A stretch of 64,000 nucleotides of DNA, taken from contig JBBTUY010000001.1 in NCBI GenBank assembly GCA_038063515.1, forward strand, positions 74,972 through 138,971, given 5' to 3'. Below the pieces are notes generated by a model. It saw nothing but the letters and a program-made list of their open reading frames with translations, was not told where the DNA came from and searched no databases. Below, piece by piece: positions 46,769 through 57,116 of the stretch. The position numbers and the translations under genes were made by a program. This DNA is from Patescibacteria group bacterium (GTDB lineage: Bacteria; Patescibacteriota; Minisyncoccia; Phycocordibacterales; UBA9973). How positions within the stretch are numbered: position 1 is the stretch's first letter; the number at the start of each line of letters is the position of its first letter.

Positions 46769-47911
46769 CTATTTTTCGTGACTGAGAGCTAGGTCAATGA
46801 TGGCACGGGCTATTTTCATGGCAGCACCTGGTTTATTGAATGCTTTTGCACTTTCTGACATTTCTTTCCAGCTTTCTTTGTCTTCTATTATTCTCTCTAC
46901 CTCAGAACTTAAAATACTTCCAGTCATGTTGGATTCTTCTATAACACTACACGCTCCAGCACGAGCATAATCAAAAGCATTTTTCTTGGAATGGTCACCG
47001 TTTGACGAAGTAAAAGGAATGAGAATGGCTGGTATACCCCAAGATGCTATTTCAAAAATAGTTGACCCTGCTCTTGATATTATTATGGTTGCTGCACCTG
47101 CCGCCATTTTCATAGTGAGAGAGTTTAAAAAAGGCATAGAGATGTACCTAGACTTATTTTCCTCATTGTCTAGGATAATACTAGATCTACCTGACACCAT
47201 TTCAAAATTCCTAACACCAGTTTGGTGAATGACCTGATAGTTTTTTATTAACCGAGGCAATGCATCAAGGACAGTATGATTTATGAGCTCAGCTCCTTGA
47301 GATCCACCTAAAATTAATACTACGGGTAAATTAGACTCTAATTTAAAGTATTCAAAAGCCTCACTTTTTAATGCGGGGTGCTCTATCTCTGTGCGTATTG
47401 GTTGCCCTGTATAAGCTACTTTTTTTGCTGGGAAAAAGCTTCCGACATTTTTAAAAGAAATTGCTATCTTTTTTGCAAAACGTCCTGCCCATTTATTTAC
47501 TCTACCTGGTGCAGAATCTGACTCATGAATAATTACAGGTATAAATAGTATCCTTGCTGCACAGATTGTGGGAAATGAGGCATAGCCACCCTTACTAAAT
47601 ACAACGTCGGGGTATATAGAAAAGAGTGTACGTATAGCTTTTATGACACCGATAGAAGTTTTCCATAAATCAAAAAAATTCAGATACAGACTTTTGAATG
47701 AGGAATATAAGCGGAGCTTTCCTGTACTTATTTCTATATAGGCAATTCTATTTTCAAAAAGCATTTCTTTGTCATATGGACTATCAGAAATGTAGTAGAG
47801 TTTTGTTCCTACTATCTTCTCATCATCTAATATTTTATTTACTTTTTGAGCAACAGCAATAAGAGGATAAAAATGCCCACCAGTACCCCCACCTGTAAAT
47901 ACTATTTTCAT
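46769..47911 (-). CDS. murG: undecaprenyl-PP-MurNAc-pentapeptide UDP-GlcNAc transferase
   Basis: MKIVFTGGGTGGHFYPLIAV N-terminal G-loop of MurG. Confidence 0.9.
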   Translation of the reverse strand: MKIVFTGGGTGGHFYPLIAVAQKVNKILDDEKIVGTKLYYISDSPYDKEMLFENRIAYIEISTGKLRLYSSFKSLYLNFFDLWKTSIGVIKAIRTLFSIYPDVVFSKGGYASFPTICAARILFIPVIIHESDSAPGRVNKWAGRFAKKIAISFKNVGSFFPAKKVAYTGQPIRTEIEHPALKSEAFEYFKLESNLPVVLILGGSQGAELINHTVLDALPRLIKNYQVIHQTGVRNFEMVSGRSSIILDNEENKSRYISMPFLNSLTMKMAAGAATIIISRAGSTIFEIASWGIPAILIPFTSSNGDHSKKNAFDYARAGACSVIEESNMTGSILSSEVERIIEDKESWKEMSESAKAFNKPGAAMKIARAIIDLALSHEK

Positions 47912-49011
47912 GAATTTTTTTGAAATTTTGATATGTTTAATACTATACCTATCGCTATCAGGGCTATCATAAACGAAGTTCCTCCATGACTCATAAAAGG
48001 AAGCGGTACACCAGTCAAAGGAAATACTCCGATCACAGATGCAATATGTAAGAATGACTGGAGTGTTATAAGTATAACAATTCCAATAACTAAAAGTCTA
48101 CTGAATAAATCAGGAGAATTATTCGCAATACGAAATCCTCTGAGTACAAAAAATAGATACAAAATTATCGTACCTACAGCACCAATAAAACCTAATTCTT
48201 CTCCCAACACAGCAAAAATAGAGTCGCCTTGAGGTTCTGGTAAATAGCTAAATTTCTGTATGCTTTGTCCGAAACCACGTCCAAAGAATCCTCCGCCGCC
48301 TATGGCTATCATGGATTGCTGGACTTGGTACGAAGAACCACGAGGATCATTTGACGGATCAATAAATGTTTTGACTCTATTTTGAAGATATGGAGTAAAG
48401 TATACTAAGCATGCAAGCACTAACATCACACTCACTCCTACCCCTATGATGTATTTCCACGGAACTCCTGATATGAAAAGCATACACATCCCTGTCCCCG
48501 CAATTAAAATAAAGCTTTTTGTGTCAGGCTGTCCAAATAAAATAAGTGCTATTACAGATAGCATTATTCCTAGAGGTAAAATACCAAACTTAAAATCCCC
48601 CACCCTATTTTTTGCCCACGAAAGCCATGCAGCAAAATAAATAACAAATCCAAACTTTAAAAGTTCTACTGGCTGAAAGGAAAAGAACCCTATTTTAAGC
48701 CATCTCTGTGCACCTCCATGACTCCACCCGAGGTGCGGTATGAAGACTGCAGCTGTGAGGAGTATTGAACCTAGAAAAATATAAAAAGAATATTTACGCC
48801 AAAATTTATAATTTATTTTAAGCGCAATGTACATGCCGATAGTTCCAAATCCAAGTCCAAGTATGAGCTGACTAAAGAGTACTGAGTAAAAAGTCTTTTC
48901 ACTTTTAGCAAGAATGCCTAAAGATGCAGAGACGAACATGGCGAGTCCCACTATAATTAGTAATCCTATTATGACTAAGAAAAATCTATCGACTTTTTTA
49001 TTATCCTTCAT
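47908..49011 (-). CDS. ftsW: SEDS family peptidoglycan glycosyltransferase FtsW/RodA
   Basis: Ten TM segments; SEDS conserved loop; positioned between murG and mraY. Confidence 0.8.
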   Translation of the reverse strand: MKDNKKVDRFFLVIIGLLIIVGLAMFVSASLGILAKSEKTFYSVLFSQLILGLGFGTIGMYIALKINYKFWRKYSFYIFLGSILLTAAVFIPHLGWSHGGAQRWLKIGFFSFQPVELLKFGFVIYFAAWLSWAKNRVGDFKFGILPLGIMLSVIALILFGQPDTKSFILIAGTGMCMLFISGVPWKYIIGVGVSVMLVLACLVYFTPYLQNRVKTFIDPSNDPRGSSYQVQQSMIAIGGGGFFGRGFGQSIQKFSYLPEPQGDSIFAVLGEELGFIGAVGTIILYLFFVLRGFRIANNSPDLFSRLLVIGIVILITLQSFLHIASVIGVFPLTGVPLPFMSHGGTSFMIALIAIGIVLNISKFQKNS

Positions 49012-49015
49012 TAAT

Positions 49016-50071
49016 TTATCTACTTACAATTACTAAAATGATCCCGATAATGACAAATATGACAGACAAGATCCAGAAACGCATGGTGACCCTGTAGGAT
49101 GGCCAGCCTATTGCTTCGAAATGATGATGAAGTGGTGCGAGTTTAAAAATTCTCTTACCATTTCTTAATTTCTTTGAAATTAGTTGTAGTATTACTGAAA
49201 GAGAAGTGATAACAAGTGGTAGTGCTATGACAGGAAGTATTAATACTGAATCAGTTAGAAATGCTAGCGTTGCAAGTGTCACTGTAATGCCCATGATGCC
49301 TGTTTCTCCCATGTAAAATCTGGCAGGTGGAATATTAAACCATAGAAATGCGAGGATTGCACCTGCCAAAACAGCAGAAAAAGTCGCAAGGTCTATTTGA
49401 TTGTTTGTATATGCTATAACTGAATACCCTGCAAATATGGACGCAAATATGCCACCTGACAATCCGTCCAAGCCATCGATAACTCCTCCTGAAAATGTAG
49501 CGATAGAAACTAAAATGAAAAATGGAATTATTAAAATACCTAAATATAGATCTCCTACAAAAGGTATGTGAATCGAATTCATATCTAGCTTGTAGAAAAA
49601 CCACATACCTATGAGTAAAGAAATAAATGTTATGAGGAAAATTTTCCATTTCCTCCATGAAATGTCGTCGTGTGCAAATTTACCTGTACCATAAATCTGA
49701 ATAAGGTCATCCCAAAGACCAATAAGAGAACAAACGATAAGAGTAAAAAGTGGTATAAATGTCTGATTTCTACTTAAGAAATTCATCTTTTCTGTACTAT
49801 CCGTTGGAAAAATCAAATAAAAGAAATAGAAAATAAAAGTTGTTGCAAGAACTGATATCCAAATAATCATCCCTCCTACGCGAGGTGTGTTGAGCTCCCC
49901 TTTTCCACTATGGATTTTACTAAAGTCTTCGTTTGCGACTGAAGCATCTCTAGAATATCTTTTCCACATTTTGTATTTATAGAAAAAATAAGTAGCAAAA
50001 GGTGTAAGCAATAGCCCAAAAAAGAAAGCTAAAATTGTTGGTATGAATACTTTAATTAAATCTAAGTACAT
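49016..50071 (-). CDS. mraY: phospho-N-acetylmuramoyl-pentapeptide transferase
   Basis: VIDGLDGL and LSVILQ...KLR..KRIFKLAPLHHHFE..GW...RV..RFWI collinear with E. coli MraY. Confidence 0.85.
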   Translation of the reverse strand: MYLDLIKVFIPTILAFFFGLLLTPFATYFFYKYKMWKRYSRDASVANEDFSKIHSGKGELNTPRVGGMIIWISVLATTFIFYFFYLIFPTDSTEKMNFLSRNQTFIPLFTLIVCSLIGLWDDLIQIYGTGKFAHDDISWRKWKIFLITFISLLIGMWFFYKLDMNSIHIPFVGDLYLGILIIPFFILVSIATFSGGVIDGLDGLSGGIFASIFAGYSVIAYTNNQIDLATFSAVLAGAILAFLWFNIPPARFYMGETGIMGITVTLATLAFLTDSVLILPVIALPLVITSLSVILQLISKKLRNGKRIFKLAPLHHHFEAIGWPSYRVTMRFWILSVIFVIIGIILVIVSR

Positions 50072-50128
50072 ATACCAAAGTATACCAGAAATCTACAAAT
50101 TAATAAATTTCTATTATTTTAGGTTGTA

Positions 50129-51238
50129 TTAAAACAACTTAACTATGTCGTGATATGTGACGAAAAGCATAAGAAGAAGGAGCAATCCAAATCCTATGGC
50201 GTTTGCTGTATTTGTGATTTTTGGATTAAGTGGAGAGCCTTTAATGGTCTCGATAAGTAAAAAGAAAAGTCGTCCACCGTCTAAGGCTGGAAATGGAAGG
50301 AAGTTTATTATTGCAAGGTTCACAGATATAAGAGCAGCAAAAGAAATGAGGTACACAAAGCCAAATTCATATGCATCCCCTACTATACCCACCATACCTA
50401 CTGGACCTGTAACTGAATCAAGGCTACCTTTGCCCTGTATGCCGTCCCTAACGAGTGTATAGAGCCCTACAACCGTTCCTTTAGTCACATTTATGGTGAG
50501 GCTCATTCCTTCAACAATTGCCTTTAAAACAGGCAATTTAGCTATACCTATCTGATCCATAGAAACTCCTATTGCTGGGTTACCGTTTTTAATTTCAGGG
50601 GTTAGTTTTGTATTCTCGAAAACTTTGTCTTTACCTCGTATATAGGAAATATTTATTTCATCGTTTGGATGTTTGAGTACAAAAGATTTCAAAGTGTCAG
50701 GAGTAATTTCTCTTAATTCTTCTATTTTATTTTTTGAATCTATATATGATACAGCCACTACTTTATCGCCTGTTTTTATTCCAGCTTTGAATGCGGGAGA
50801 GTCTGGTAAAACAGACACAATAACAGTATGCACGTCGCTTACATTGTAAGCTCCTATGTCACTGTTTACTGATGTTGGTAAGCCAGAAAGAAAACCAAAA
50901 GAAAATAAAAGCCATGCAAGTACAAAGTTCATAAATATCCCTGCGAAAAGAACTATGGCTTGCTGGTATTTAGGTCTATGAATAAAGCTTCTACCAGCAT
51001 CAGGACCATTTATGTTTTCTTCATCAGGGTTTTCGCCAAAAATTTTGACGAAGCCACCGAGTGGTAAGAGGTTTAATGTGTATTCCGTCTCACCCCTTTT
51101 TATGCCGAATAATTTGGGTGGGAAACCAAAGCCAAATTCATCTACTCGGATACCAAATTTCTTTGCAGAGAAAAAATGTCCAAATTCATGGACTAAAACG
51201 AGTACAAGTAGGATTATTAAAAAAATTATTATATTCAT
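50129..51238 (-). CDS. rseP: RIP metalloprotease RseP (site-2 protease, M50)
   Basis: HEFGHFFSAKKFGI HExxH in TM1, a PDZ domain, and the C-terminal LDGG motif. Confidence 0.85.
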   Translation of the reverse strand: MNIIIFLIILLVLVLVHEFGHFFSAKKFGIRVDEFGFGFPPKLFGIKRGETEYTLNLLPLGGFVKIFGENPDEENINGPDAGRSFIHRPKYQQAIVLFAGIFMNFVLAWLLFSFGFLSGLPTSVNSDIGAYNVSDVHTVIVSVLPDSPAFKAGIKTGDKVVAVSYIDSKNKIEELREITPDTLKSFVLKHPNDEINISYIRGKDKVFENTKLTPEIKNGNPAIGVSMDQIGIAKLPVLKAIVEGMSLTINVTKGTVVGLYTLVRDGIQGKGSLDSVTGPVGMVGIVGDAYEFGFVYLISFAALISVNLAIINFLPFPALDGGRLFFLLIETIKGSPLNPKITNTANAIGFGLLLLLMLFVTYHDIVKLF

Positions 51239-51247
51239 AGTTGTAAG

Positions 51248-51799
51248 TTATCCTAATATTTCTTTTTCTTTTTTCTCAAATATAGCTTCAAGATTTGCAT
51301 TCACATCATTAATGATTTTCTGTAAATCATCTTTGGCTCTAAACTTCTCATCTTCAGTCATTTCTTTTTCTTTCTCTTTGGTCTCTACATCTTTCCATAA
51401 ATCTTCGCGAAGTCTTCTGACTGTTATTTTCTGTTCTTCTAATTTCTCTTTTAATACCCTCGCAAGCTTTGTCCTTGTTTCTGTGGTGAGTTGGGGGAAA
51501 ATTACTCGTATACCTAAGTCGTCAGTTGCGACAGACAGGCCTATGTTAGAAGCTAGAATAGCTTTCTCTATATCTTTTACTTGATTTTTATCCCATGGAG
51601 CTATGCGTAATGTTTTAGGATCTTCTATGGAAATATTTGCAATATTTTTAATAGGAACATAAGAGCCGTATGAGGATACAGAAATGCTGTCTAAAACCAT
51701 TGGTGATGCACGGCCGATGTTGAGCTCTCTGTATTCTTTGCTTAAGAACTCTTGTACTTTCTGTAATTCATTTTTAAAACTTGAAAAATTGTATTGCAT
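51248..51799 (-). CDS. frr: ribosome recycling factor
   Basis: Typical RRF length and pattern (RTGRASP-like IGRASPMVLD...). Confidence 0.9.
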   Translation of the reverse strand: MQYNFSSFKNELQKVQEFLSKEYRELNIGRASPMVLDSISVSSYGSYVPIKNIANISIEDPKTLRIAPWDKNQVKDIEKAILASNIGLSVATDDLGIRVIFPQLTTETRTKLARVLKEKLEEQKITVRRLREDLWKDVETKEKEKEMTEDEKFRAKDDLQKIINDVNANLEAIFEKKEKEILG

Positions 51800-51828
51800 G
51801 GTCTTATCATATCACATTTTAGAAATTA

Positions 51829-52554
51829 TTAAAATTTCTCTGGTATGACTAAAGCGACGGATTCCATGAGGGTTTTTGCAGAGCTACCCGGCTCTCTTAA
51901 AAATTTTCTAACTTTAAAAATATGTGAAAAAAAGGTCACATAATTTTTATGTATATTTCTTGTTAAAACTTTTTCATGCAGAGATTGCTCTAATGCATTT
52001 AGGAATTTTAGAGATTTTGATCGAGTTGAGTCTAGTACATTTGTTTCTATGTTTTGTTCTTCAGCTTCATCTATTTTTGATGTAAGCTCTTTTATGAAAT
52101 CCAATCTTAATTTAATTGGCATTTTTATAAATTTCTCTGCGTCTTTAATTTTACTTTCAGTTAAATCTTGCTTGGTCGATATAAGGTAAAATCTAGATAC
52201 TAGAGTTTGAATCAAAGTGTGTGTGTCTGGGGTAATAACAAAGAAATGAGTATTAGCTATAGGCTCCTCAAATATTTTTAATAAGCTATTTTGAGCATCA
52301 AGTAAAAAATTATTTGCGGAAATTACAAATATTTTTTTGTCGGTAGAAAAGCCTCTATTTACCACATATGATTTTAAGTTCCGAGCATCTTCAATTTTAA
52401 AAGAATCAAGCTGTATGTTTGTAAAGTCAGCATTATTAGATATTTGTATCCCTAATTTATTTATAAATTCTAAAAGAATAGGCAATACTTCCTCACTGTC
52501 CCCTTCTATCAGATACGCATGATGTAAATTATCTTTATGTATGTTTTTAAACAT
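51829..52554 (-). CDS. DNA polymerase III delta-prime-like protein (short, degenerate P-loop)
   Basis: LHHAYLIEG resembles the HolB HHAxLF motif; about 240 aa; the assignment is weak. Confidence 0.35.
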   Translation of the reverse strand: MFKNIHKDNLHHAYLIEGDSEEVLPILLEFINKLGIQISNNADFTNIQLDSFKIEDARNLKSYVVNRGFSTDKKIFVISANNFLLDAQNSLLKIFEEPIANTHFFVITPDTHTLIQTLVSRFYLISTKQDLTESKIKDAEKFIKMPIKLRLDFIKELTSKIDEAEEQNIETNVLDSTRSKSLKFLNALEQSLHEKVLTRNIHKNYVTFFSHIFKVRKFLREPGSSAKTLMESVALVIPEKF

Positions 52555-52556
52555 AA

Positions 52557-53591
52557 TTACTTTTTACTCAAAACTGTTTTTTTGTATACATCCAAGTGTT
52601 CGAGTGCGATACCCGTACCTTTAGCAACACAAAAAAGTGCGTCTTCTGCGAGAGTAGCCTTAACTCCTGTTTTTAAATATACGAGATCGGTAAGTCCACG
52701 TAGTTGTGATGATCCACCGGTCATGATAATACCATGGTCTATGATGTCTGATGCGAGCTCCGGTGGAGTTTCTTGCAAGACATCTTTAATAGCTTTGATT
52801 ATTTGTTTTAATTCGCCATCTATAGCACGTACTATTTCATTTGTACTTACTTGGGCAGATCGTGGCAAACCTTGTATATAGTCGCGTCCTTTTATTGTGA
52901 CACGGAGCTCTTCTTCCATGAGCACAGCTCCACCTATTTTTATTTTTATCTCTTCAGCTGTTCGGTCTCCAATAGCTAAGTTGAAAGTTTTTTTAATATA
53001 ATCTGCAATAGCTTGATCTATTTTATTTCCTGCGCATTTAACAGAAGTTGAAGCTACGATTCCACCTAGAGATATCACTGCCACATCAGTCGTCCCGCCT
53101 CCTATATCTACAACCATACTACCGATTGATTCGTATATAGGGATGCCTGCGCCTATGGCAGCCAATATGGGCTCCTTCACGACGTAAGCATTTTTTGCTC
53201 CTGCACGTATAGCTGCTTCCACTACTGCCCGTCTTTCTGTGGAGGTTACACCTGCCGGGACTGATACCATTACATCAGGTTTAAAGAAATAAAAGCGTCC
53301 CATCGCTTTAGTTATAAAATACTTAAGCATAGCTTCTGTCACTCTATAATCAGCGATAACTCCATCTTTCATAGGGCAATATGTAATAATTGATTCGGGT
53401 GTTTTACCTATCATATCTTTTGCTCCAAAACCAATAGCAAGGATCTTATTATCTTGTTCAGAAACAGCTACAACTGAAGGCTCATTTAAAACAACCCCTT
53501 TTCCAGGCACAAAAACCAGCGTATTTGCCGTTCCTAAGTCTATGCCTAGTTTTCTTGAAAAAATACTCATCCGAGAAATAATAGCACACAT
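52557..53591 (-). CDS. mreB: rod shape-determining protein MreB
   Basis: IGIDLGTANTLVFV phosphate-1 motif and the actin-like ATPase fold throughout. Confidence 0.9.
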   Translation of the reverse strand: MCAIISRMSIFSRKLGIDLGTANTLVFVPGKGVVLNEPSVVAVSEQDNKILAIGFGAKDMIGKTPESIITYCPMKDGVIADYRVTEAMLKYFITKAMGRFYFFKPDVMVSVPAGVTSTERRAVVEAAIRAGAKNAYVVKEPILAAIGAGIPIYESIGSMVVDIGGGTTDVAVISLGGIVASTSVKCAGNKIDQAIADYIKKTFNLAIGDRTAEEIKIKIGGAVLMEEELRVTIKGRDYIQGLPRSAQVSTNEIVRAIDGELKQIIKAIKDVLQETPPELASDIIDHGIIMTGGSSQLRGLTDLVYLKTGVKATLAEDALFCVAKGTGIALEHLDVYKKTVLSKK

Positions 53592-53607
53592 ATGCTAGAA
53601 TTAAAAT

Positions 53608-55590
53608 ATGAAAATTGTGAGCGTAATCCCTATGAAAAAAGGGATTATAACGAATGAATTAGACTACTTTACTACTAAAAATGTACTTGAAGGAGACATT
53701 GTTTCAGTAACACTTCGCAACAAAGAAGTCCTCGGACTCGTTTTGTCTGTCGAAAATGTTTTTACTACAAAATTAAATATTAAAGACATGGACTTCAATT
53801 TAAAGAAAATTATTGAAGTAAAAAAAGATTCTATTTTTAGAAAAGAATACATTGATTCCATACTACTCACTGCTAAATATTTTGCAGGAAGTAAGAGCAA
53901 CGCTTTTGTTTCTCTTATACCTTCTTCTTTGCGTGAAGATTACGATCACATCTCCGAGCTTACTTGGAGCTCTGAAGCTCAGACTGTCAGCCTAGATCCA
54001 AATTTAGTAAACATAAGACCTGAGAAATTATTATTGCAAGAGCCTATCCTAGATCGTATTTCCATATACAAAACTCTTATACGAGAAAATTTTGCACTTA
54101 AGAAATCTGTTTTTATAGTATTACCCACAGAAATGGATATTAAAGTTTTTGAGGAATATTTATCTAAAGGTATACAAGAATTTACATTTAGCTTATATGG
54201 GAGATTAAGTAATAAGAAAATTATCGAAAAATTTGAAAAAATAGTTTCTACACCACACCCAGTACTCATCATAGCTACTCCCCCTTTCCTTTCTATTTCA
54301 AGATTAGATTTAGGCGTAATCATACTAGAACATGAGAGTTCTAGTAGTTACAGAATGATATCAAAACCGCATTTTGATTTACGTATTTTTGTAGAACTTT
54401 TTGCTTCAAAAATAAATGCTAAGTTTATATTAGGTGACACTATGCTTTCTTTTGAAACCATTGCTCGACAAGAGATAGATTTCCTCACACCAATGCACCC
54501 TCTATCTTTCCGAACTAATTTTACTGGGAAAATACAGGTAGAGAATCCAAATAAAAAAAAGGAGACTCCTACAAATGCAGAGTTAGCTACAAAACATTCT
54601 TTCGAGATTCTCTCTAGCCAAAGCATCTTGGATATACAGGACACGCTTGCAAAGAAAAAAAATGTCTTTATATTTTCACTTAGGAAAGGACTGGCTACTC
54701 AGACACTGTGTAGAGATTGTGGTGAAATTGTAAGTTGTGAAAAGTGCTCCTCGCCTCTGGTTTTATATGATTTAGAATCAAATTCTAAAGAAAATTCAAG
54801 GTCTTTTATTTGCAATAAATGTGGAGAGGAAAAAAATACAGAAATAAAATGTACAAACTGTGATAGCTGGAATTTAATACCTTTAGGCGTAGGTACAGAC
54901 ACCGTCTATGCATACATAAGCAAACTTTTTCCAAAAATAAAAATATTAAAATTAGACAAAGATTCAGCTAAAAGTAAAAAAGATGTAGAGAAAATTTTAA
55001 AAGAATTTGATGATAATCCTGGATCCATATTAATTGGAAGCCAGATGGTACTACTGTACTTAGAGAATAGGGTTTCCTTGTCCATAATCGCATCATTCGA
55101 TAGTTTTTGGAGTATTCCAAACTTTAGAATGAGTGAAAAGATTATTCAACTCGTCACCTCAATTATGGAGAAAACTGAGGATAAATTTATAATAAATACT
55201 AAAAATGAGAGTGACTCTACTGTACAAGCAATAGTAAATGGTAATTTATTATCTTTAGTACGAGATGAATTAGAAGACAGAAAAAAGCTCTCATATCCCC
55301 CATTTAAACGTTTTATTAAAATAAGATTCCTGGGAAGTCCAGAAGAAACTTTTAAAACAAAAGAACACATGCTTGAGCTTTTCAAAAACTATAAACCTTT
55401 AATTTTTGACGGTTTTGTATCACAAGTGAAAAATAAACATGTTACAAATATTCTACTTAAAATTGAAAGAAAAGAGTGGTCTTTACCTGAATTATCTATT
55501 GGTTCTAGTATTGATGAGCTTATACTTGAAAAACTGTCATCTCTACCTCCTAATTTTGAAATTTTTGTGGACCCAGAAGACTTATTGTAA
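53608..55590 (+). CDS. PriA-like primosomal protein with degenerate helicase motifs
   Basis: PriA-like N-terminal 3'-DNA-binding region and the Cys-rich insert CRDCGEIVSCEKCSSPL...CNKCGE...CTNCDSW. The Walker A position reads ILDRISIYKT (no GxxGxGKT), and the DEEH position reads LEHESSSSY. Confidence 0.55.
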   Translation: MKIVSVIPMKKGIITNELDYFTTKNVLEGDIVSVTLRNKEVLGLVLSVENVFTTKLNIKDMDFNLKKIIEVKKDSIFRKEYIDSILLTAKYFAGSKSNAFVSLIPSSLREDYDHISELTWSSEAQTVSLDPNLVNIRPEKLLLQEPILDRISIYKTLIRENFALKKSVFIVLPTEMDIKVFEEYLSKGIQEFTFSLYGRLSNKKIIEKFEKIVSTPHPVLIIATPPFLSISRLDLGVIILEHESSSSYRMISKPHFDLRIFVELFASKINAKFILGDTMLSFETIARQEIDFLTPMHPLSFRTNFTGKIQVENPNKKKETPTNAELATKHSFEILSSQSILDIQDTLAKKKNVFIFSLRKGLATQTLCRDCGEIVSCEKCSSPLVLYDLESNSKENSRSFICNKCGEEKNTEIKCTNCDSWNLIPLGVGTDTVYAYISKLFPKIKILKLDKDSAKSKKDVEKILKEFDDNPGSILIGSQMVLLYLENRVSLSIIASFDSFWSIPNFRMSEKIIQLVTSIMEKTEDKFIINTKNESDSTVQAIVNGNLLSLVRDELEDRKKLSYPPFKRFIKIRFLGSPEETFKTKEHMLELFKNYKPLIFDGFVSQVKNKHVTNILLKIERKEWSLPELSIGSSIDELILEKLSSLPPNFEIFVDPEDLL

Positions 55591-55600
55591 ATAATAATGT

Positions 55601-55954
55601 CTATTCTGGAGCTAATTCCTCCCTTTTCTTTAGGAATTTTTTCATTTGATTATCCATTTGTATTGTCCTAGTAGTTCCATAAATAAGTGTCAGAAGTCCA
55701 AATATTACAAGCATTACTCCTGTATATCGGAGAACTAGAAAATTTTCAGATAATGTAAATAAAGTTACTCCGACTACTATTATAGTCAAGCCCGTACGCA
55801 CGTATGAGAGAAAAGTAGATTCATTTGTTAAAATAGTTCGCTCAATAGCCAAGTAATCCCGTAAGATGAGCTGATTTACAAAAAAATTTTCATATACTTC
55901 TCTATCTATGTATTCCTTTCTTTTAGAAAGGCTCTTGTAAAAAAATATATTCAT
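55601..55954 (-). CDS. DUF202 (YidH-like) small membrane protein
   Basis: RDYLAIERTILTNESTFLSYVRTGLTI matches the DUF202 LA.ERT.L...RT pattern; three TM helices. Confidence 0.5.
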   Translation of the reverse strand: MNIFFYKSLSKRKEYIDREVYENFFVNQLILRDYLAIERTILTNESTFLSYVRTGLTIIVVGVTLFTLSENFLVLRYTGVMLVIFGLLTLIYGTTRTIQMDNQMKKFLKKREELAPE

Positions 55955-56658
55955 TTATCTAGTATACTTAAAAATTTTATCGGTGCAACTAAAACAGTAA
56001 ATTCTCCTTTTTGTTTAATTGGATTTTCTGTTAAATAATTTAAAAGTTCTTTAGCTGTACCTGTTTTAAATTCTTCATATATCTTAGTTATTTCACGAGC
56101 AATACATACTTTTTTATTAGGGCAAAATTTATCTAAAGATTCTAGTGTTTTTAAAATTCTGTGTGGGGATTCATAAAATGCCACAGTTCTCTTTGATTCA
56201 TTTATTTCTTTAAATAAAGTTTCTCTCCCTTTTTTGTGCGGGAGAAATCCTAGAAAAGTAAACTCATGAGTAGGTAGTCCCGAAGCAGACAAGGCAGCTA
56301 TGAGAGCCGTGGCACCTGGTATCGGTACGACTTGCACTTCATCACTATTAAATTTTTCTTTAATGAGAGATACGAGCATAGCACCTGGATCAGAGATGCC
56401 TGGTGTACCAGCATCAGACACTAAAGCTAAATCTTTCCCTTCCTGTATGAGTTCGAAAATTTTATTTGTCTTTGAGAGTTTACTTTGTGCATGATAGCTT
56501 AGTGTGGATGTATTGATATTATATTTCTGTAGAACTTTTTTTGTTTCTCTGGTATCTTCACACAGAATCAAATCCACGTTTTTGAGCGTATCAACAGCAC
56601 GATAGGTTATATCTGCCATATTCCCTATCGGTGTTGCAACAATATAAAATTTAGACAT
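55951..56658 (-). CDS. rsmI: 16S rRNA (cytidine1402-2'-O)-methyltransferase
   Basis: FYIVATPIGNMADITYRAVDTL...LILCEDTRETKKVLQ tetrapyrrole-methylase-fold RsmI. Confidence 0.85.
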   Translation of the reverse strand: MSKFYIVATPIGNMADITYRAVDTLKNVDLILCEDTRETKKVLQKYNINTSTLSYHAQSKLSKTNKIFELIQEGKDLALVSDAGTPGISDPGAMLVSLIKEKFNSDEVQVVPIPGATALIAALSASGLPTHEFTFLGFLPHKKGRETLFKEINESKRTVAFYESPHRILKTLESLDKFCPNKKVCIAREITKIYEEFKTGTAKELLNYLTENPIKQKGEFTVLVAPIKFLSILDK

Positions 56659-56666
56659 AAAATAAT

Positions 56667-57116
56667 TTATTTCCTATACTTTCGAGTACGCCATTTGTCT
56701 CCTATCTTCACGCGAGTAAGTGAGCGCTCAAGTTCAGCTTCAAAATGCTCGAAGTCAACCGTATCTTTATTTTCGAGCTTCTTTTTCAATTCTTCAGCTC
56801 GTGTTTTTGCTTCTAGTATTTTCTCATCAGTAAGCTCTGATACATGCTCAGCAAAGTCGGCAAGTATGGCAACTTCTGTAATATTGTTTTCGCCTTGTTT
56901 TATTTCTATAAATCCACCAGCAACTGCCATAGGTGCGTACTCACCCTTTGTGAGTGCTGCCACATCTCCAGCAGTAAGTCCTGTAATAAGAGGTATATGA
57001 TTAGGAAGAACAGTAATCTCACCTAATGTAGTAGGTATACTAACTTGATCTACAAGCTCTTCTAATACAAGTCTTTCAGGTGTTACTATTTTTAATTTTA
57101 ATTGTTTTATTGACAT
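56667..57116 (-). CDS. atpC: F0F1 ATP synthase subunit epsilon
   Basis: LKIVTPERLVLEELVDQVSIPTTLGEITVLPNHIPLITGL. Confidence 0.85.
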   Translation of the reverse strand: MSIKQLKLKIVTPERLVLEELVDQVSIPTTLGEITVLPNHIPLITGLTAGDVAALTKGEYAPMAVAGGFIEIKQGENNITEVAILADFAEHVSELTDEKILEAKTRAEELKKKLENKDTVDFEHFEAELERSLTRVKIGDKWRTRKYRK

